Assembly: GCA_040218735.1 (NCBI GenBank)
Contig: JAVJQW010000046.1
Coordinates: 160,001 to 224,000, forward strand
Origin: Deltaproteobacteria bacterium
GTDB lineage: Bacteria; Myxococcota; Kuafuiibacteriia; Kuafuiibacteriales; Kuafuiibacteriaceae
Direction: 5' to 3'
Length of the DNA stretch: 64,000 nucleotides
Below the pieces are notes generated by a model, which made no database searches, was not told where the DNA came from, and worked only from the letters and a program-made list of their open reading frames with translations. How positions within the stretch are numbered: the first letter of the stretch is position 1; each line of letters opens with the position of its first letter. Positions 29,824-39,177 of the stretch are shown one piece after another. A program made the position numbers and the translations under genes.

Positions 29824-32800
29824 ATGTGGATCTTGTTGTTGGGGGCGGCGATCGCGTCGCCCGGGTCGGGAGCCTTCGAGGCCAACGTGGGGCAGGCGCC
29901 CGCCGCGGTGAGTCACCTGGTCCGCGGCGATCGGGAGGTCGCGTTCGTGACCGAGGACGGGTTCGTGCTCTCGGTACCGACGCCGGATTCCGTGGTGAGC
30001 CTCCGCGGCCGCTGGCGGGGGGCGTCGAGGTCTCGCGCGAAGGGAGCGGAGCCTCTGCAAGGTGCCTTGCATTACTTCCTCGACGGCCCCGAGGGTCGGC
30101 GCGCAGCGCGGTACCGCCGCCTCGAGGCCGCCAATATGTATCCCGGGATCGATCTCGGCTACGGCCTCGGGGACACGCTGCGCTTCGGTTTCGAGCTCAC
30201 ACCGGGCGCGGACGCGGCGAGGATTCGGCTCGGCTTCGACGGGGAGGTCGTGCTGCGCATCGAGCCGCGGAACGCGTGGATCGACGTCGTCGACCCGCGG
30301 TCCAATCGTGTCGTGATGACCGTCCAGCTGTCGGGTCTACGCGCGTGGCAGGAGGGGGCGGGCCGCCGGGATGAGGTCGACGTCCGCTTCGTACGACGGG
30401 GCGACGCGCTCGGGTTCACGCTGGGACCGCACGACGCGAGACGCGCCGTGTATATCGATCCCGACATCACCTTCGCGAGTTACATCGGCGGCGCGAACTT
30501 CGACGAAGGCCGCGACGTCGCGGTGGACGCCGCAGGTTTTGTGTACGTCACGGGCGCCAGCCTCGACCCCGGAGCGATGTTCCCGACCACGTCCGGCGCG
30601 GTTCAACCCATGCCGTCGGGCGCCATCGACGCCTTCGTGTTGAAGGTCGACCCGTCGCAGACGGGTGCCAACGCGCTCGTCTACGGATCGTTCATCGGCG
30701 GCGCCAGCGACGACCAATCGAACGGCATCGCCGTCGACGCCAACGGCCGCGCTGCGATCGGCGGTACGACCTGGTACGGAACCGGCAACGCCTTCCCCAC
30801 GACCGCGAACGCCTACTCGCAGACGCCCGGCTCGTCCTTCGTCACCATGCTGAACGCAGCCGGCTCGCAGCTCGTCTACTCGACCTTCTTCGGGGGAACG
30901 ACGACGAGTGTGGCCGCGGTCGCGATCGATCCCGCCGGCGATGTCATCGCGGTGGGCGTCACCGACGGCACCACCGCCATCCCGCAGGTCAACGCCATGA
31001 CCGTGCCCGGGCAGAGGAGCGCGTTCGTCGTGAAGTTCGACGTCGCGGGCGTGCAGGCCTCCAGCGTGGTGTACGGGACGCGCTTCGACGCCAACAGCGC
31101 GCTGGGCGTCGAGGCGGACGCAACGGGGATCTACCTCCTCGGTCAGACGGCGGGCCTCGGTCTCAACCCCACGCCGGGCGCGGCGCAGACCACAGCGGGC
31201 GGAGGCTTCGACTACTTCGTCGCCAAGCTGGACCCGGCGCAGGCCGGCAGCGCCGCCATCGTCTACACGACCTACGTGGGAGGCACGACCACGGATGGCG
31301 GAGCGATCTACTACGATGGCATCGCCATCGACCCGAGCGGCGCGGTCTACGTGACCGGGGTGACCGGGGGCGGCTTCCCGACGACCCCGGGGGCGCTCGC
31401 CACGACGGCACCCGGCGGAGGCGAGGGGTTCGTCACGAAGATCGCTCCGAGCGGCGGCTCCTTCGTGTACTCCACGTACCTCGGCGCCACCGGCAACGAC
31501 GGCGGCTATGACATCGCCGTCGACGCGATGGGCCGCGCGTACGTCGCGGGCTTCGGCGACGGCGTACCGGTGACGGGGTGCGGGGCGACGTCGCCCGGGG
31601 GTGGTTTCGTCCTCCAGCTCGACGCGCAAGGGAGCGCCGTCGTGCAGGCCAGCTACCTGGCACCGGGCGCGAACCTCCGACCCTACGCGCTCGCTCTCGG
31701 GCCCACCGGGAACGCCTACGTGGTCGGCTCCATCGGTCCTCCGCTGGTGCTTTCGACCCCGGGCGGTTTCCAGACGGTGCAGGCCGGGCTCGACGCCTTC
31801 GTCGCCGAGCTATCGCCCTCCGGCGCTTGCGCCGACCTCGCGGTCTCGATCACCGCCTCGCCGAACCCGGTGTCGGGAGGCGCCGCCGCTCAGTTGCAGG
31901 CCAGCTTGCAGAACCTCGGTAGCGACGACGTCGCGCAGGCCGACCTCTCGGTCTTCGTGCCGCCCGAGCTCACGGTCTTGGGCATCACGCCCTCTGTGTG
32001 CACCGGCGGCCCCACGTACGTGTGCCCCGTCGGACCGCTCGCCGCGGGCGGGAGCGTCACGGTGGCCTTCGACGTCGAGGCGACGGCGGCCGGCACCTTC
32101 ACCGCCACCGCGGCGGTGTCCGCGGCGGTTCAGGACCCGGACTCCGCGAACGACGCGGACGAGGTCGCGCTCGTCGTGACCGCACCCAACACCCCCTGCG
32201 GCTTCGTCACGTTGTTTGGGGCGTGCGCCGACGACACCCTCAGCTTCTGCGAGGATCGCGGTCGCCCCGCCGAGCGGTTGGTGGAGGTCGACTGCGCCAC
32301 CGATGCGTTCCCGGCCGGAGTCCCCGGACAGTGCACGCTCATCAACGCGAGCTACGGCTTCGACTGCGCGGTCTCCCCCGGCGGAGTCTGTGCGTTCGTC
32401 GACGCGCAGGACCGCCCCATCTTCGCGCTCTGCGCAGGCGACGCGGCCGGCTGTCGGATCGATCCCAGCGCAGGCACCGCGCAGTGTGAGCTCGGACTGC
32501 CGGCGTGTCTGTCGGAGGGGTTCGACGTGCAGTGCGCGGGGGACCTGTTGGTGCAGGAGTGTCAGGTCGATCAGCCGGTCGTGCTGGACTGTGCGTCGAT
32601 CGGTGGCGAGTGCGCCAACGCGCGGTGCGAGGCGTTGCCGCTCGGCGCGCCCTGCGAGGCCGGACGTTTGCTGTGCGCGACGGGCCTCGTCTGCGACGCG
32701 GTGTCCGAGCGCTGCGGGGATCCGGCGCAGCGCTGCGATCCCACGACCTACCGGAGCCGCTGCGACGGCACCACGCTCACCGCCTGCGACCGAACCCGGA

Positions 32801-33519
32801 GCCGCGTCGTCTCCGTCGATTGCAACGCAGCTTTCACGCCCTCCGACGGCACGACCTGCGGCGCGCCGTTCACGTGCCAGGGGCGCAGCTGCGGCGATGT
32901 CAACCTGACTTGCATCGGCGGGGGTGAAGGCGCCCGCTGCGATCTCGCGCGCGAGATCTACTGCGGTGCGGGCTTCGGGTGTGTGCTCGAACGCGACGTG
33001 AGCGGCGACATCGGCGGCGTCTGCCGAAGCACGTCGATGTGCGCGGCCCCGCCCGACCCGGCCTGCGTCGGTGACATCGCGCCGGTCTGCCTCCGCGGGG
33101 AGGGCATCACCGCCGTGGAGGCGCAGGGCGTGGACTGCGCGAGCTTCGGCGGCGCCTGCGGCATGGATGGGACGACCGCGATCTGCGTTGGCGGCGTGGA
33201 CGCCGTGTGCCAGGTCGTGGCGCGGGGCGGCGCGTTGCTCCGTTGCCAGTCGGGGCTCACGTGCGAGGACGTCGACCCCGACGGCTTCGGCGTCTGCCGC
33301 GGCGAGGTGGAAGAAGTCGACGGTGGCGTGCGGACCGACGCATCCACGCCGGGCCGTGACGGAGGCGTCGCGGACGCTCCAGACGCCGGGGTCGAGCCCC
33401 CCGAGGACGGCGAAGGCTGTAGTTGCCGCGCCGCGCCGCGTTCGTCCGACGCCGAGTCGGGATGGCTGCTCCTGGCGCTCCTCCTCGGGCGCCCGAGAAA
33501 AAAACGCCCCCGCCATTGA
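29824..33519 (+). CDS. SBBP-repeat beta-propeller surface protein with a DUF11-like Ig domain, a Cys-rich region and a MYXO-CTERM anchor
   Basis: Repeats of (S/T)Y(I/L)GG...D.G..IAVD..G..YV.G; ADLAVSITASPNPV; C-terminal GCSCR...GWLLLALLLGRPRKKR. Confidence 0.88.
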   Translation: MWILLLGAAIASPGSGAFEANVGQAPAAVSHLVRGDREVAFVTEDGFVLSVPTPDSVVSLRGRWRGASRSRAKGAEPLQGALHYFLDGPEGRRAARYRRLEAANMYPGIDLGYGLGDTLRFGFELTPGADAARIRLGFDGEVVLRIEPRNAWIDVVDPRSNRVVMTVQLSGLRAWQEGAGRRDEVDVRFVRRGDALGFTLGPHDARRAVYIDPDITFASYIGGANFDEGRDVAVDAAGFVYVTGASLDPGAMFPTTSGAVQPMPSGAIDAFVLKVDPSQTGANALVYGSFIGGASDDQSNGIAVDANGRAAIGGTTWYGTGNAFPTTANAYSQTPGSSFVTMLNAAGSQLVYSTFFGGTTTSVAAVAIDPAGDVIAVGVTDGTTAIPQVNAMTVPGQRSAFVVKFDVAGVQASSVVYGTRFDANSALGVEADATGIYLLGQTAGLGLNPTPGAAQTTAGGGFDYFVAKLDPAQAGSAAIVYTTYVGGTTTDGGAIYYDGIAIDPSGAVYVTGVTGGGFPTTPGALATTAPGGGEGFVTKIAPSGGSFVYSTYLGATGNDGGYDIAVDAMGRAYVAGFGDGVPVTGCGATSPGGGFVLQLDAQGSAVVQASYLAPGANLRPYALALGPTGNAYVVGSIGPPLVLSTPGGFQTVQAGLDAFVAELSPSGACADLAVSITASPNPVSGGAAAQLQASLQNLGSDDVAQADLSVFVPPELTVLGITPSVCTGGPTYVCPVGPLAAGGSVTVAFDVEATAAGTFTATAAVSAAVQDPDSANDADEVALVVTAPNTPCGFVTLFGACADDTLSFCEDRGRPAERLVEVDCATDAFPAGVPGQCTLINASYGFDCAVSPGGVCAFVDAQDRPIFALCAGDAAGCRIDPSAGTAQCELGLPACLSEGFDVQCAGDLLVQECQVDQPVVLDCASIGGECANARCEALPLGAPCEAGRLLCATGLVCDAVSERCGDPAQRCDPTTYRSRCDGTTLTACDRTRSRVVSVDCNAAFTPSDGTTCGAPFTCQGRSCGDVNLTCIGGGEGARCDLAREIYCGAGFGCVLERDVSGDIGGVCRSTSMCAAPPDPACVGDIAPVCLRGEGITAVEAQGVDCASFGGACGMDGTTAICVGGVDAVCQVVARGGALLRCQSGLTCEDVDPDGFGVCRGEVEEVDGGVRTDASTPGRDGGVADAPDAGVEPPEDGEGCSCRAAPRSSDAESGWLLLALLLGRPRKKRPRH

Positions 33520-33542
33520 ACGGTCCGGTGGAGTCGGGCGTT
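33517..33542 (+). promoter_or_regulatory. Putative autoregulatory ECF promoter TGAAC-N17-CGTT
   Basis: Typical ECF AAC/CGT elements 14 nt upstream of the sigma GTG; A-tract upstream. Confidence 0.5.
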
Positions 33543-33556
33543 GTGTCCCCCGAACC

Positions 33557-34105
33557 GTGCGGGACCTCACCGACGAAGCCCTGATCCTCGCCGTCCGCCG
33601 CGGCGAGATCCGCGCCTTCGACGAGCTGTACCGCCGCTACGCCGACCGTCTCTTCGGGTACCTGCTGAGGTACGTCACGGACCGCGCCGAGGCCGAGGAC
33701 CTCCTCCAGGAGGTCTTCATGGCCGTCCTCAAGGACCAGGCGTTGGAGCTGCGCCCCGGACAGGTCGGTGGCTGGTTCTTCACCGTCGCCAAGAACCGCG
33801 CGCTGTCACGGGTCCGTCGGCGCCGCACCGAAGAGAAACACCGCCCCGAGCCGCCCGCGCCGATCGAGACCCCCGAGGCCAACGCCGAGCGCCGCGAGCT
33901 GGTCGCGCGCGTCGAGCTCGCCGTCGAAGGGCTCCCCCAACCGCAAGCCGAGGCGCTGATGCTCAAAGTCGTCGGCGGCCTCACCTACGCGCAGATCGCC
34001 AGCGTGCAGGACGTGCCCGAAGGCACCGCGAAGTCGCGCCTGCACCACGCCATCCGCGCCGTGCGCGCCTTCTTCGCGCGCGACCAAGAAGGAGAAATCT
34101 CATGA
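33557..34105 (+). CDS. ECF RNA polymerase sigma factor
   Basis: AFDELYRRY, AEDLLQEVF, WFFTVAKN and PEGTAKSRLHHA. Confidence 0.93.
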   Translation: MRDLTDEALILAVRRGEIRAFDELYRRYADRLFGYLLRYVTDRAEAEDLLQEVFMAVLKDQALELRPGQVGGWFFTVAKNRALSRVRRRRTEEKHRPEPPAPIETPEANAERRELVARVELAVEGLPQPQAEALMLKVVGGLTYAQIASVQDVPEGTAKSRLHHAIRAVRAFFARDQEGEIS

Positions 34106-34530
34106 ACCACGAAGAATGCCTGGACGCCCTGCACGACCACCACTTCGGTGAGCTCGACCGCGCGACCGACGACGCCGTGCGCGCCCACCTCGCCGACTGC
34201 AGCGACTGCGCGCTCGAGTACTGCCGCCTGCGCGCGGACCTCGATCGCCTCGGCGCACTGCAGACCGCGCGACCGAGCGCCGCGGTGCGCGCCGCGCTGC
34301 GCGCGAAGGTCGAGGCCGAGTTCACGCCGACGTTGTTCGACCGCATCCGCGCGTTCTTCGCGGCGCCCGTCCCGATCTACCAGCCGGCCATGGTGCTGGC
34401 GCTCGTCGTCGCGGTCGTCGCCGTCGCGTGGCCGTCCGACTCTACGTCCTCCGTCCCCACCTCCAACCCGACCGTCGTCGACGACTTCGACGGCGCGGAC
34501 CTTCGCATCGTGGACCACCGCGTCCTCTGA
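34102..34530 (+). CDS. Zinc-finger (ZAS) anti-sigma factor
   Basis: HLADCSDC (HxxxCxxC), one TM helix, ATGA overlap with the sigma gene. Confidence 0.88.
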   Translation: MNHEECLDALHDHHFGELDRATDDAVRAHLADCSDCALEYCRLRADLDRLGALQTARPSAAVRAALRAKVEAEFTPTLFDRIRAFFAAPVPIYQPAMVLALVVAVVAVAWPSDSTSSVPTSNPTVVDDFDGADLRIVDHRVL

Positions 34531-34541
34531 GGAATCGAACC

Positions 34542-35714
34542 ATGAAGAAGACCCTCCTGTTTGCACTGACCCTCTGCTTCGTCGGCACTCCGCTCGCGCG
34601 CGCCGGCGATCCCTTCCACCCCGAAGACCGACGCCCGACGATCGAAAACGCGAAGGCGATGTTCACGGAGGTCGACCGCCTCGTGAAGAAGGAGTTCGTC
34701 GACAAGGCGGCCTCCGAGGACGACGCGCGCTGGAGCCAGGCGATCCACGGGATGCTGAAGGGCCTCGGCCCGAACAATCAGCTCCTCACGCCCGAGGACC
34801 TGAAGGTCATGAAGGGCAGCGTGAAGGGCTCGATCAAGGGCATCGGCGTGGCGTTCGAGAAGGTCCAGGACCTCGTCATCGTGCGCGAAGTGCTGCCGAA
34901 CGCGCCGGCGTCGGGCACGCGGATGCAGGCGAGCGATCGCATCCTCGCCGTCGACGGGAAGTTCCTCGCGGAGGCGTCGATGATGGACATCGTCCAGATG
35001 ATCCGCGGCGAAGAGGGCACCTCGGTCGAGCTACTCATGCAGCGCGGCACCGAGGAGTGGACCGAGACGATCACGCGCGGCTCGATCACGTACCACAGCG
35101 TCCAGTTCTTCGTGCGCCCCGACCGCGTCGGTTACCTGCGCATCACGAGCTTCACCGAGACGGTGCCGAAGGACCTCGACGCGGCGCTCGCCCAGGCGAA
35201 GAAGGCCGGCGTGCAGTCGATGGTCCTCGACCTTCGCAACTGCCCGGGCGGGCTGTTCAACGTGTCGACCGACGTCGCCGATCGTTTCCTCTCGCGCGGT
35301 CGCACGATCGTCTCCGTGAAGCGGCGCGACGGCACGACCGAGACCTTCCGCGCCAAGGACAACGCCGCGTTCACCGGCAAGCTCGTCGTGCTCGTGAACG
35401 AGAAGTCCGCGTCGAGCGCAGAGATCCTCGCCGCGGCGCTCTCGGAGAACGGCCGCGCGACGCTCGTGGGCGAGAAGACGTTCGGCAAGGGCACCGTCGA
35501 GAAGATCTTCGAGCTCTCCGGCGGCTTCGGCCTCAAGCTCACCGTCTCGCGGTTCTACTCGCCCGACGGCAACAACTGGCAGGACAAGGGCATCGAGCCG
35601 GCGTTTGTCATCCCGAGTGACTTCGCGCCGAAGCCCGCCTACACGAAGGAGCCCGCGCAGGACCTCGAGCAGGACGCGCAGCTCAAGGCAGCGCTCGGCG
35701 TCCTGAAGTTCTGA
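34542..35714 (+). CDS. ctpA: S41 carboxyl-terminal processing protease
   Basis: Signal peptide; PDZ GIG; DLRNCPGG, SASSAEI and GEKTFGKG. Confidence 0.9.
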   Translation: MKKTLLFALTLCFVGTPLARAGDPFHPEDRRPTIENAKAMFTEVDRLVKKEFVDKAASEDDARWSQAIHGMLKGLGPNNQLLTPEDLKVMKGSVKGSIKGIGVAFEKVQDLVIVREVLPNAPASGTRMQASDRILAVDGKFLAEASMMDIVQMIRGEEGTSVELLMQRGTEEWTETITRGSITYHSVQFFVRPDRVGYLRITSFTETVPKDLDAALAQAKKAGVQSMVLDLRNCPGGLFNVSTDVADRFLSRGRTIVSVKRRDGTTETFRAKDNAAFTGKLVVLVNEKSASSAEILAAALSENGRATLVGEKTFGKGTVEKIFELSGGFGLKLTVSRFYSPDGNNWQDKGIEPAFVIPSDFAPKPAYTKEPAQDLEQDAQLKAALGVLKF

Positions 35715-35734
35715 CGAAGAATTCCTCGCGGACC

Positions 35735-35762
35735 TGTCACGTCGCCGGCGGAGCCGGGGTCT
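35735..35762 (+). promoter_or_regulatory. Putative ECF-type promoter TGTCAC-N17-GGTCT (second copy)
   Basis: Exact match to the 25048-25075 motif; 9 nt before the ORF start. Confidence 0.55.
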
Positions 35763-35771
35763 TTCGAATGC

Positions 35772-38018
35772 GTGATGAATCGCATGAAGACCCCGACGCT
35801 GGGGATGACCGCCTTGCTCCTCGCCGCCTGCGGCGGAGCACCCGCTACGTTCGACGAGGCCACGAGCGAGACGATCGGCACGGGCTCACCGCCCATCGAC
35901 GACGACATCGCCTCGCTCGTCGAGCCCGATCGGCTCGTGGGGATCGGGATCTCTGGGACAACCGACGAGGTCCTCGCGTGGACCGCGGCGAACACCGTCA
36001 GCGGTGGCAACGCGACGAACTTCGCTTGGACCCGCTCCCCCAACCGCTTCACCACGGCGCCCAATCACTCCGCGGCGCAGATCGTCGCGAACGCGGTCGC
36101 GACCGACGGAACGGTGCACACCTGGTACGGGGACGGCACGTACACCACCGGTGACTCCAACCACCTCGCCTTCCAGGGCCCGCAGGCCTTCGGGATCCCG
36201 GGCGGACGGACGCCGCTGAACATCGTCGGCATCGCGATCGCCAAACCCTCCGACCTCGTCTACGCGTGGTACGACGACGGGCAGGTGAGCGTCGGCGACG
36301 CCTGGGACCTCGGTTCGCGAACGGGTCCGCACCGGATGTGGCCGACGGAGCGCGCGTACGCACCGGCCGCCGGGCGGACCCCGGCCGACGTGATCGATAT
36401 GGCGATCGAGGTGGCGCGCGTGAACCGCGTCGTCGCTTGGTATCGCGACGGGTACGCGAGCGAGGGGACCTTCGAGGACCTGGACGCCCACCGCGGGCCG
36501 TTCCACTACACGCGACACGGGGTGTTGAAGGGGGTCTATCCCGAGACGCCGCCGTCGCTGCCTTCGGGACCGCCGTCCGCGGCGCCGCCGTGGTCGTCTG
36601 CGCCGCCGGTGTCGATGCTGGACATCAGCGCCGGCGACCAGGACAACGGCGTGGCGGCCGGCCACAACTTCTTCGCGGTCGCGCTGAATGACTCCGTCCG
36701 GTTCTACACCCGCGACGGCACGTCGCTGATGACCGCGGATCTCGACGCGATGTTCGAACCCTTCAAGCGGTCGTCACCCAACGGGGCAACGCCCCGCCCG
36801 CTCGACGTCAACCACTACATCGGCTTCGACACCCCCTGCGACGACCCGTCCTATCCGACGACCAACGCCTACCGCTACTGCGTGAGCGGCGGCGCGTACG
36901 ACACCCGGGTGGAGTACGACAAGATCGGTCGCCGCTTCGTGATCGTCGCGCAGATCAGAAATCCGCTGTGGACGAACATCTTCTCCGCCAATCCCCGGCA
37001 GAACATCTCGCCCGCCGAGCCCTACGTCAGCGGCTACGCCTACCCGAACCCTCCGGACGGCGCGCCCAAGACCATGAACGCCGGGGCCAACGGTGGGCTC
37101 GCGCGTCGCCTGAAGGTGGTGGCCGTCTCGCGCGCCGAGGATCCGGCGCTCGGCTTTCACACCTACGTGTTCGTCCAGAACAACTACCGCGACTGGCCGT
37201 GGATGAGCATCAACGGCGACTGGCTCGTCCTCGCGAACCGTGGACCCGAGCAGATCAACGGGCCGGTCGCGACGTTGATGTCCCTCGCAGAGCTGCGCGA
37301 CGGCGTGGAGCGGCCTCAGTTCGTACACTACAAACGGCAAGAGCTCGAGGGTGCGATCGTCGCCGGTCCGGCGCGCCACCACGGGACGCCGCAGTCACTC
37401 CTCCTCGGCGTGGATGACGATGCCACGTGGCGCGTGTTTGCGCTGACCCACCCGACGCTGCCCTACGACAAGGTCCCCGCCGGGAGCACGGTGCTGCCGG
37501 TCCCCGGTCGAGACGTGACCAACGAGCGTGCGGTGTACCGCGACGGTTTCCTCCACGTGGTGGCGCACTTCCCGCGAACCGGAATGGGGGGCTTCTTCGA
37601 GATCGACTACTTCCGGATCCCGGTCACGATGAACGGCAACGTCCCGGTGCTCTCGGTTCGGTACCCGGGCTTCCGATCCGCGTCCTACTCGGACCCGACC
37701 CAAGCCCGGTCGTACGAGGAGCCGGGCATGCAGGTGAACAGCACGGGCGACGTCCTGCTCCTGTACGGCGCGGCGAGCGGCGGCGTCGTCGCGGCCCAAG
37801 ACCAGGTGTTCCGCGTCCTGTGGCCCGCGAACGCGTCGGCGCCATCGTCGCCGGTGGTCTGGCGCTCCGGCCAGATCGATGTCAGCAGCCACGGGGACGT
37901 GATCCATGCGCTCCACTTCGCTACGGACCCCGTCGACCCCACGGCGTTCTGGGCCATCCACAAGGTTCGCAACGCCGCGGGCAGCTGGCGCACCTTCGTG
38001 GGGACGTACAAGCCGTAG
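35772..38018 (+). CDS. Large lipoprotein with four N-terminal ~47-53 aa repeats and a beta-rich C-terminal domain
   Basis: Lipobox LAAC; repeated (I/L)VG.AI....V.AWY.DG....G...L motif. Confidence 0.8.
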   Translation: MMNRMKTPTLGMTALLLAACGGAPATFDEATSETIGTGSPPIDDDIASLVEPDRLVGIGISGTTDEVLAWTAANTVSGGNATNFAWTRSPNRFTTAPNHSAAQIVANAVATDGTVHTWYGDGTYTTGDSNHLAFQGPQAFGIPGGRTPLNIVGIAIAKPSDLVYAWYDDGQVSVGDAWDLGSRTGPHRMWPTERAYAPAAGRTPADVIDMAIEVARVNRVVAWYRDGYASEGTFEDLDAHRGPFHYTRHGVLKGVYPETPPSLPSGPPSAAPPWSSAPPVSMLDISAGDQDNGVAAGHNFFAVALNDSVRFYTRDGTSLMTADLDAMFEPFKRSSPNGATPRPLDVNHYIGFDTPCDDPSYPTTNAYRYCVSGGAYDTRVEYDKIGRRFVIVAQIRNPLWTNIFSANPRQNISPAEPYVSGYAYPNPPDGAPKTMNAGANGGLARRLKVVAVSRAEDPALGFHTYVFVQNNYRDWPWMSINGDWLVLANRGPEQINGPVATLMSLAELRDGVERPQFVHYKRQELEGAIVAGPARHHGTPQSLLLGVDDDATWRVFALTHPTLPYDKVPAGSTVLPVPGRDVTNERAVYRDGFLHVVAHFPRTGMGGFFEIDYFRIPVTMNGNVPVLSVRYPGFRSASYSDPTQARSYEEPGMQVNSTGDVLLLYGAASGGVVAAQDQVFRVLWPANASAPSSPVVWRSGQIDVSSHGDVIHALHFATDPVDPTAFWAIHKVRNAAGSWRTFVGTYKP

Positions 38019-38070
38019 CTCACGGCCGCGCCCTTGTGTGGGGATTGGCGCCCACGTAGAACGCCGGGCG

Positions 38071-39177
38071 ATGAGCAAGCTGTCGATCGAAGAGGTCCGC
38101 GAGGGTCGCACGATGGAGGCGACCTTCTGGCTCAACCCGGTCGACGGCGAGAAGTACCGCTTCCGGGCGACCCACCTCGACGGTCGGCGCGCCCCAAAGG
38201 TCGTCCTCTCCGACGACGCGCGCATCACGCCCGGCACGCCGTGCCGGGTGCGCGTGAAGAAGGTCCACAAGAAGGAGCGCAAACACCGCGGCTGGATCGA
38301 GGTGGAGTTCATCGAGCGCGTGTCGTTCGAGCCGGACGGCGTCTACCTCGACCCGGTGGTGTCGAAGAAACTCCAGGTCTGCCTGGAGAGCGGGCTCAAC
38401 ATCCTCCTCGACGGACCGCAGGGCTGCGGCAAGACGGTGCTCGCGCGCGCGATCGGCAAGTCGCTCGGGATGGAGCTCGTGTTCTTCAACTGCGCCGCCG
38501 TCGTCGAGGCCACCGACTTCCTCGCCACGATCCAGGTGCGGGCGGGCGAGGGCGGTGCGCCGGTCACCGACTTCGTGAAGACGGAGATCCTCACCGCGCT
38601 GGAGGCGGCCGCCGAGAACCCGGGGCGTCGCTACCTCGTGTTCTTGGACGAGCTCAACCGCTGCCAAGAGAGCGCGCGCAACGCGTTGATGCCGGCGCTC
38701 GATTCGTCGCGGCGGGTCTTCGATCCGACGAGCAACCGCTTCGTCGAGATCCCCGACAACGTGCTGTTCATCGCGGCCGTCAACCGCGGCTCGGAGTTCT
38801 CGGGGACGTTCGGGATCGACGCCGCGCAGCTCGATCGCTTCGCCCCGATCCAGATGACGTACCTCCCTCCGAAGGAGGAGGAGCGCCTCCTCGCGGACCG
38901 GCACCCGGAGCTCGGCAAGAAGATCGTTCACGCGATCGTCGATCTCGCGGATCGCATTCGGCACATGTCCGATCTCCAGAGCGGCCTCTCCGTGCGCGCG
39001 ACGGAGGAGGTGTGCATCTACCTCAAACACCCGCTCTTCGAGGAAGACCGGTGGGCCGCGCTCCCCGAGATCCTGAAGTCGTCGTTCTGCGGGCGCTTCT
39101 CCGGTTCGTGGGGTGACACGACGACCGACGCCGGCGCGGTGTGGCTCGTCATCGAGCGCGCGTTAGTCGAGGACTGA
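38071..39177 (+). CDS. MoxR-family AAA+ ATPase with a short N-terminal beta domain
   Basis: Walker A GPQGCGKT, Walker B VFLDELNR, AAVN, LDRF and SVR. Confidence 0.9.
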   Translation: MSKLSIEEVREGRTMEATFWLNPVDGEKYRFRATHLDGRRAPKVVLSDDARITPGTPCRVRVKKVHKKERKHRGWIEVEFIERVSFEPDGVYLDPVVSKKLQVCLESGLNILLDGPQGCGKTVLARAIGKSLGMELVFFNCAAVVEATDFLATIQVRAGEGGAPVTDFVKTEILTALEAAAENPGRRYLVFLDELNRCQESARNALMPALDSSRRVFDPTSNRFVEIPDNVLFIAAVNRGSEFSGTFGIDAAQLDRFAPIQMTYLPPKEEERLLADRHPELGKKIVHAIVDLADRIRHMSDLQSGLSVRATEEVCIYLKHPLFEEDRWAALPEILKSSFCGRFSGSWGDTTTDAGAVWLVIERALVED

